Assembly: GCA_024626585.2 (NCBI GenBank)
Contig: JANKJI020000002.1
Span: 259,826,622-259,843,024 of the forward strand
DNA length: 16,403 nt
Source: Ginkgo biloba
Lineage: Eukaryota > Plantae > Ginkgophyta
Direction: 5' to 3'
The position numbers were made by a program, and so were the translations under genes. Of the stretch, positions 9,722-16,403 are shown piece by piece (positions within the stretch are counted from its first letter, which is position 1; each line of letters begins with the position of its first letter). The notes below the pieces were generated by a model. The model did not search any database and was not told the origin of the DNA. It saw only the letters and a program-made list of their open reading frames with translations.

Positions 9722-11117
9722 CCAATTTGCAACAAAAATAAGGACATCATGTAGCCTAGCTTCTGATTGAACTATGAATATGTCGGCCATTTGCAATATG
9801 GTGTGATTTTTTTGGAGTCCCTTTATTTCTAGAGCTCTCATTTCATGACTGTCATCATGTTTATAGTTGCTCCAAGGTCCATGAGAACTTTAGGAATGTC
9901 AGTCAAGCCAATGGAAACATCAACTAAGGGGGTCCTAGGATCACCATACTTATGTATTGACTCACGTCCCAACACTACATCCAAAGTTGCTCCAACTACC
10001 TTGATCCTAGCTAGATGTTTTGGTTTTCACCTCATTTAAGCAAACAACTCCTACACTTGCTGAGCATAAATAGGCATTCTTTCATAGCTTGGGCCAATGG
10101 GATATGAATAAAAATATTTTGCAATTCATTTGTGAAATTAAAGTGGTATTCCTCTCTATTTCCATGAGGCTTCTTTAATCATTAAGAAAGAGGAATCACT
10201 GCCTCCTTTTGAGGAGACTTCTTCTTTAATCTTTAAGAAAGTGAAATCATTGCCTCCTTTTGAGGAGGAGACTTACTCCTTGCCTCTTTGGAAGTTTCTA
10301 CTTCCTAATGCTCCTTTGTCTCGTCGTACTCCTCAATTCGCACCGAGCTTTGTTTTAATTGCTAAGGGCAGGCTAGAACTCCCAACAACTTTCCAAAACA
10401 TAGAGTGACTCCATTGCAAGCTATAGGTTGCATTTATTGATGATCCTCAACATCAATAACATATGTTGCATATTGGTGTTTGATGTTCCCTATTGGATTT
10501 GGCACTACCTAGGCAGGAAGTGTTAATGATTGTGGCCTAACATTTAATTGCCCATTATCAATTTGGACAAGTTTGACCCCTTGCCCTCCTTATGGTGCCA
10601 CATATTGAGGTTGGTTCAATTAATAAAATAAAGGCTTTGATTTTGCATATTGCATCGTTCTTGGACAGGGGAGGCCATAAGGATGCATAGGCATAAAATT
10701 CTCAAACCCAAGATTTCAAGGATAAGACTAATGGGCATGCAAGGGGCCTATAAGAAGGCTAATACTTAAAATTCCCTTGGGGATGGAATGGAAAATCATT
10801 CACCCCTCTAGGGTTGTACACATACATATCTAAAGGATAATAAGGCCTGGTGTATGAGTGATAACTAGGATCAAAAGGAATTTGATCTCCAAAGTTCGAA
10901 TTCCATCTTCCTCTTCATTTCTGCGTTTGAGTATAACACAATTGTGCAAAAGAATCCTCTCCTCCTTTCATCGCAAATTTGAAATCCTTCAGTAGAGGGA
11001 AATTCTTTTCATCATGATCCTTATCATAGATGTTGCACTATACTTGTGCCATGTTAACAGGACATTCCTTTGTCAAATGCTTTTGTCTACGTTTGGACAA
11101 TAGATAGCCAACAATGC
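9722..11117 (-). mobile_element. Decayed Ty3/gypsy non-chromovirus (Athila/Tat-like) gag C-terminus and aspartic protease
   Basis: Knuckle remnants LAIYCP..RQKHLTKECP and CNIYDKDHDEKNFP (about 11110-11000), then a Pro/Asn/Gln-rich linker. Next come FNFTNELQNIFIHIPLAQAMK.MPIYA, KYGDPRTPLVDVSIG, VLMDLGATINMM (catalytic DLGA at 9879-9868) and ILQMAD...LHDVLIFVANW. Confidence 0.88.
10170..10274. repeat. 51/54-bp tandem duplication within gag-protease linker
   Basis: cttctttaatcattaagaaagaggaatcactgcctccttttgaggagactt (10170-10220) is followed by a near-identical copy with a 3-nt insertion (10221-10274). Confidence 0.85.
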
Positions 11118-11217
11118 NNNNNNNNNNNNNNNNNNNNNNNNNNNNNNNNNNNNNNNNNNNNNNNNNNNNNNNNNNNNNNNNNNNNNNNNNNNNNNNNNNN
11201 NNNNNNNNNNNNNNNNN

Positions 11218-12358
11218 TAAGGTGCTTCTTATGTCTTCAAATTTGCCCCTTTGGCAAACTTCTATGGGACAAATCTATGGGTACATCCGTTATCCTCTAG
11301 AATAGTAGCATCTTATCCATTTGTCTTCCCCTTGATCACAAACAATTCAACATCATTAAATCTTTCTAAAGATTTAAGACTTACCCTTTGTGGAAGTGTT
11401 TTCCTCCATGTCTTCTCCTTGCACACCTTAGCAACTGCCTTTTATCTTGCTTTCCATTGTATCTATCGTAGATGTGGGTAATCTCTCATGTGGTTTCCTA
11501 CATATTCAAAGCACTTGATTGGTGGCTTTTTTCCCCCCTTCAATTGAGACTACTTTTGACCTTTTTGTTGAACTTCCTTACCTGTATTCTATTGAGCTAA
11601 CTTTCAAAGTTTATTCTGGTAAAAAATCTTCTTACCCTTCTTCTTATAGAATGATTGGTTGAAAGATGAGAAGTCTTTCTTCCCTTGGAATGGCATTTTG
11701 AATGGTTCTGCTTGGAGTGGATTCAACCTCCAAGGCAGTATTTTTTACCTCCAGAGTCTTTGGCTAAGAGACTGTTGATCATTGTCATGCATAAAATGGT
11801 ATAATCTATACCTCATGGCCAGGTCTGATAGTCATGTAATGAGTGCATTCATTTTATTGTTGTATTCCCACACTGATCCAAGTTGCCTTAGCCCCATAAC
11901 TAGTTATTGGTTTCCTCCATCTCATTTTAGGGAGTGTGCTTCATCATTATCTTCTTCAATTCAAGCTAGGTCTTCTTTTCATCAAATATACCATAAGATG
12001 TAAAGAAAGTTTCTACAAACCCATGCTCAAAAAGAGGTTTGTAGAGCTATGCTGTCACATTTTGATATCCGCATATTTTTCAACTACGTTACATTTTGTA
12101 GCAGTTTCCATTCTCTTAGATCTTTTATGCTTTGTTCTTGATATTCAAACTCTTTGGATGGCACCTTCTCTAATTCTAAAATATTTTTAGTCTCTTCCTC
12201 TTCTTGCTCCAACATAGGTTCCGTGGCTTTCTCCATCTCTTCCCGCTTCCTTCTTCACTCACAAGTAAGTACAAGTTCTCTCTAGTTTACTCGTCTTCGT
12301 TCAGCTTCCTAACCTTAGCTTCAATGGCTTCCAACTTTTTCGAGATTTCAGATTCCAT
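11218..12358 (-). mobile_element. Decayed Ty3/gypsy (chromovirus-like) gag and start of protease
   Basis: ATG at 12358 (MESEISKKLEAIEAKVRKL). MHR-like LRQLGSVWEYNNKM at about 11892-11850, knuckle remnant PIKCFEYVGNHMRDYP at about 11522-11475, and protease FVIKGKTNG*DATILEDNGCTHRF at about 11343-11270. Confidence 0.82.
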
Positions 12359-12387
12359 TCGTGATTCCTTTCTTGATCCTCCTCCAA

Positions 12388-12399
12388 GATTTGATACCA
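12388..12399 (-). promoter_or_regulatory. Degenerate tRNA-Met-i primer binding site
   Basis: Minus strand reads TGGTATCAAATC (10/12 to TGGTATCAGAGC), about 30 nt upstream of the gag ATG. Confidence 0.7.
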
Positions 12400-12400
12400 C

Positions 12401-13140
12401 TAGAGCAATCCCACCTTCTAAACCTACATGTCAATGGAGTAAGAGATACAAAATAGATAATTATTAGAGTTTGTTCGCATGATAAACATTTACTTATGTT
12501 AATTTATAATCAATGTATATATAAAATACAAGTGCATAGTAGACTCAAAGGTAGATTATTAGGGGCAAGGTAGACTAGATAGCTTAACCTAGCACCACTA
12601 TTGGTCATTGGGGACCACATAAAAAGGCCTATTTGGTTGGTATCCAAACCTTTGATGGAAACATAGTACATACTGTTAGCACCCAGTGGGTATTATTGTT
12701 CCACTAGGTTCCACCCCTTAACCTCACCAAATAAGGGTGCTGAGTCTCTTTTCAACCCCTCTTCGGCACTAGAATAGTTTCTTGAATTAAGACATACATA
12801 CCTCACTACTAAAAGTGTTTATTTATATTAATGAAAGTACCTATGAATACAATCAAATGGTTGAGCATAAGCAAAATACATGGATAAAATCCTACAAGCA
12901 AGAACGAGATGCACAACCCATTATGGCTACTAACACAACCCAAAGCAACAAAACATGCCCAAGGGTTCTTGAGTGCTACCCCTACCCTCTATAATTTTGT
13001 ACAAATATATATGTCCTCACATGGGATTATGCTTGTACGGTCCCAAGTAAGACAAAATACATAAATTCACTAGTACAACTATAGTCATACTCTATAAATT
13101 CCCTTAATAAATTTTAGCTAGGATAAACTACCCCCTAGAA
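12401..13140 (-). mobile_element. Probable 5' LTR of that gypsy element, cut by gap
   Basis: Non-coding sequence directly upstream of the PBS. The terminal CA is not intact. Confidence 0.5.
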
Positions 13141-14025
13141 NNNNNNNNNNNNNNNNNNNNNNNNNNNNNNNNNNNNNNNNNNNNNNNNNNNNNNNNNNNN
13201 NNNNNNNNNNNNNNNNNNNNNNNNNNNNNNNNNNNNNNNNTAAGGGTTAGGATAATAATTGTTTAATGACTTAAAGTGTAGCAACTTGGATTTGTTAAGT
13301 AAAATAGGCACGATTTTTATAAGAACACATATAGAAAAGTCATTTTGATATATATTCCTCTTAGTACCAAATTCGTATGACACATTCATAAGATCTCATT
13401 GTAGTTGCTTATGGAATCCAAGAAAAAGGAGAGAAAACCTTTCTTGAGGTGTTTTTTTTGTGTTACCTTCAATAATTGAATCTTGCCACTATTATGTCAA
13501 AAGCATAAGCCTCAAGAAAGATTAATATATGATCACTCAAACTCACTTCACGGGAAACTCAAGGCATACCCTTCCATAAGAACGAATTTCTCCACAAGCA
13601 ACTCAAAATTTGAGCTAGCAATATTTGAGTAGGCTCAAAGGACAAATCTTGCATTTAATATATTCAAACATTCTTGTTTGCAAATCCATGTTAGTTTATC
13701 TAAGAAGAATGCCATTATAGCATCCCTTTAACTCAAGTGATGTTAACCACCCTATAACTAGTAAGTGATTGGAAATGCTTATTATAAAGGATGTGTGTGC
13801 TTATGCTTTCAAATCTAGCTCTTCTCTTCAAAACAATCTTTGAGATATAAGTTTAGCTCACATCTCATATTAAACCCATGAAATAAAGAAAAGGTAAATG
13901 TAATGGCCATACCAAAGAAATTCAAATAGTTTGAACATCATAGTCCTTGTATACCATAAACATGAAATTAGTGAACCATCAACCATCTATGTGTGTGTGT
14001 GTTAACATTTGAACTAAGTGTGTAC

Positions 14026-14155
14026 CTTTCTCATATCGTGATGTTGATTCTGCAGCTTGTCTAAGAATATCTTTAGAATCATAATTTATGAAGAAGCACA
14101 TCCCTGGAGATGGACTCAAGGACTGTTCAACTGCACATAAAAATCTCTCAGCCAC
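14026..14155 (-). CDS. FAAH: FAAH, next internal exon
   Basis: Acceptor gttttgcctAG at 14157-14156 and donor AAAG|GTACAC at 14025. The 130 nt read VAERFLCAVEQSLSPSPGMCFFINYDSKDILRQAAESTSRYEK(G) and join the previous exon in phase 0. This matches the FAAH 'VAERF...FI.Y...DIL+QA..ST.RY..G' segment that precedes the DG...VKD motif. It is too short for the ORF track. Confidence 0.9.
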
Positions 14156-14511
14156 CTAGGCAAAACAACTAGAGTGTTAGGCATTGTATATTCATCTTTG
14201 CCTCTACTTCAGATTAAACAAAGTGTACATTATAATAGAACATTCAAATCATCTTTTCAAAATATACACTTATTAAACTATTTATACAAATCCATCCATT
14301 TAGAAGGGGGGAAAGTGGAAAGGCGTAATTTAGACTGATATTACTAAAGTAACTCAAATACATGTGCCAATTAATAAATTTGTAGAGGAATGTGCTTTTG
14401 TAAGATACAATAAAATTTCATACTTTTGATCTATATACAAGCTAAGCAAGGGTAAATTTTAATATGGTGTTTAATATCATGAGTGAGGCTATCAAGTAAT
14501 GTTGGTAGTAC
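14156..14511 (-). other. GT-AG intron of FAAH, 356 nt, phase 0
   Basis: GT at 14511-14510 and AG at 14157-14156; AT-rich. Splicing gives continuous ...TPTM|VAERF... Confidence 0.88.
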
Positions 14512-14699
14512 CATTGTTGGAGTAACTTTCTGAGAAAGATACGCTTTTGAAAAATCCCGAATCGTCCAATGTCGAAAAAATGGTCCATTTGTTGTTTCCT
14601 CACTTAATGAACGATTAGGAAGGCAATTAAGCACCTTAGAGACTTGCTCACATGGAGATAAATTGGTGGAAATGCAAATTGCTTCCGGTTCATCAAACT
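14512..14699 (-). CDS. FAAH: Fatty acid amide hydrolase (amidase signature family), internal exon in the N-terminal region
   Basis: Acceptor ttccattgtAG at 14701-14700 and donor ATG|GTACTA at 14511. The 188 nt are stop-free and read (x)FDEPEAICISTNLSPCEQVSKVLNCLPNRSLSEETTNGPFFRHWTIRDFSKAYLSQKVTPTM. This matches, from recall, the plant FAAH segment 'A++CLP...F R.W.IRD+..AY.S...TP..V'. Confidence 0.9.
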
Positions 14700-15339
14700 C
14701 TACAATGGAACACTTCAATTAGATACTATTTAATTGTTCGAGGTCCCCGTCATAAAATATCTCCAAATGATTGAGGTAAAATGTTTGTATTTTGTTACTC
14801 TAATGACAAGAGGATCTAAGTGATTGAACTTAAACACATNNNNNNNNNNNNNNNNNNNNNNNNNNNNNNNNNNNNNNNNNNNNNNNNNNNNNNNNNNNNN
14901 NNNNNNNNNNNNNNNNNNNNNNNNNNNNNNNNNNNNNNNNNNNNNNNNNNNNNNNNNNNNNNNNNNNNNNNNNNNNNNNNNNNNNNNNNNNNNNNNNNNN
15001 NNNNNNNNNNNNNNNNNNNNNNNNNNNNNNNNNNNNNNNNNNNNNNNNNNNNNNNNNNNNNNNNNNNNNNNNNNNNNNNNATAATATATTTTGGAATCTA
15101 TAACAATTAGGTGACCATGTAGCATAAAATCTATTTATTCCAACATCTGAATCATTTTTTTTTTATTTCCATTTTGAAGAGAGTGGATATTCAAATTAGC
15201 AAGAGAACAAGCATGATGGCTTTCATAAAATGAACTCTTAAAAACTATTCTTTAAGACTATTCCTTTACATGATAAGATTCTTGGTAGCTTTAGGCGTAA
15301 CTTTGTAAACATTTTTCTTATAACATATGATTTAGCCAA

Positions 15340-16403
15340 AATGTTGTGATCAGCTCAATATATTCCAATTTTTTGTAAGTTTTGTAACTCACTTTGGAAA
15401 ATTATACTATTAGTTATCATTTAAAGAAACTAAGGCAGAATCAAGCTCATTCTGAGGGCTATTGACCTTGAGATCATTATCAATTAGAGAACAACTACTT
15501 TTTTTAATGTGTCCTATAAACAATTGCCTAGAGTGTTAGTCGTAAGAGTGAAAATTGTCCTTCACAGAGTAGTCTGACCAAAACATATAGGGTTTATTTG
15601 AGGCTAGCATATTTTGCATAACTTAGTTGCAGTTTAAAAAGGAACAAGGTGAGCTATAAAATCTTGCCAAGAGATATTGTTCTTAAATATTGATTTTGAC
15701 AAGGCCTATGATAGAGTTGAATGGCCTTTCATTTTAGCAATGCTCAAGGCCCTCTAGGTTTGTCCCTTTTATTATTAATGATGTCTATGCTTTGTTTGGT
15801 AATGCCCATGCTTGTATCACTATTAGTAGAGTCTCGTCTGTAAGTTTGTCTTATTCAAATCTATTAGACAAGGTCACCTTATGGCCTCTTCTATGTATGA
15901 TTTGGATACTAATTTCCTAGATTATCTCTTTGAACACAAGATCAATTCAACCCTAATTAGGTGAATTTCTCTCCCTAAGATAGGCAAGAAACTTGTTAAT
16001 GGGAATTTTTCTAATGGCTTCATACTCATATCAAGATTAGAAGGAATAGTGATAGAGAAGACCATGGAAGTCATTGTTACTTTCTACCTTTCCTCTATAA
16101 CCATGATCCAATGAGCAAAACAATAGGATATGCGTCAACCACCAAAGAGCTTTAGNNNNNNNNNNAATCACAATACTCTTGTTATTGAGTGCAAAGAGAA
16201 GAATTTTTTAGATTATTTGACATCCCCTTTGGTTTCCAACCTTCTCTTAATCAAATGTGGGATCGTAAGAGAGCAAGACTGAGAATAAACTCTCTTATTG
16301 GCATATTAAGACTATGAACCTTCCTACTAGGTTTCAAATCTACTCTAAGGCTCTTTTTGCTATCTATGTCACTATGTGTACAACTCTTCATATTGGTGTC
16401 CTT
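15340..16403 (+). mobile_element. Decayed L1-clade LINE ORF2 reverse transcriptase, runs off the window end; start approximate
   Basis: Reading through stops gives GRIKLI..., N*RTTTFFNVSYK, GFI*G*HILHN, LNIDFDKAYDRVEWPFILAMLKAL (DFDKAYD at 15692-15712), SIRQG (RQG at 15866-15874), LVNGNFSNG (decayed FADD position, 16007-16018) and a YLGIPF-like remnant near 16210-16230. Many stops. Confidence 0.9.

Larger units (their letters stand above)
1169..13240. other. Assembly gaps: seven exact 100-N spacers
   Basis: 100-N runs at 1169-1268, 2332-2431, 3461-3560, 8496-8595, 9622-9721, 11118-11217 and 13141-13240. Other gaps are 5215-5266 (52 N), 14840-15080 (241 N) and 16156-16165 (10 N). Confidence 0.97.

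Noticed and set aside
13991-14002. (GT)6 microsatellite near the FAAH donor
   Set aside because: Too short to be notable.
1-14025. Whole left part as one giant TE-filled FAAH intron
   Set aside because: It crosses seven 100-N spacers of unknown adjacency, and no downstream FAAH exon was found.
14431-14718. 95-aa ORF as a stand-alone gene
   Set aside because: Only 14512-14699 is FAAH-like and bounded by splice sites; the ends are intron read-through.
1110-15125. ORF-track entries containing X runs and short antisense ORFs (e.g. 6650-6979, 11936-12190, 12204-12467)
   Set aside because: They are artefacts of N runs or shadows opposite decayed gag frames.

Overview
AT-rich plant nuclear DNA. 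The repeat families resemble those of large-genome gymnosperms or ferns, but that taxon call is inference. The window is broken by ten N runs. Seven are exactly 100 N and separate pieces of 1.0-4.9 kb, so it looks like eight short scaffolds joined end to end, and adjacency across those gaps should not be trusted. The only apparently functional host sequence is two clean, in-phase internal exons of a fatty acid amide hydrolase (FAAH, amidase-signature family) gene on the minus strand (14512-14699 and 14026-14155). A decayed L1-type LINE reverse transcriptase lies antisense in the presumed upstream intron. The rest is decayed LTR-retrotransposon sequence: three Ty3/gypsy gag or gag-protease remnants, an integrase fragment, three LTR/PBS junctions (two tRNA-Met-i, one tRNA-Glu-like), a three-monomer higher-order minisatellite and a Helitron-like end. 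I cannot support a new biological system from this sequence. The most unusual items are a PPT-LTR-PBS arrangement around one 209-bp LTR and a tRNA-Glu-primed gypsy element carrying an ordered minisatellite.
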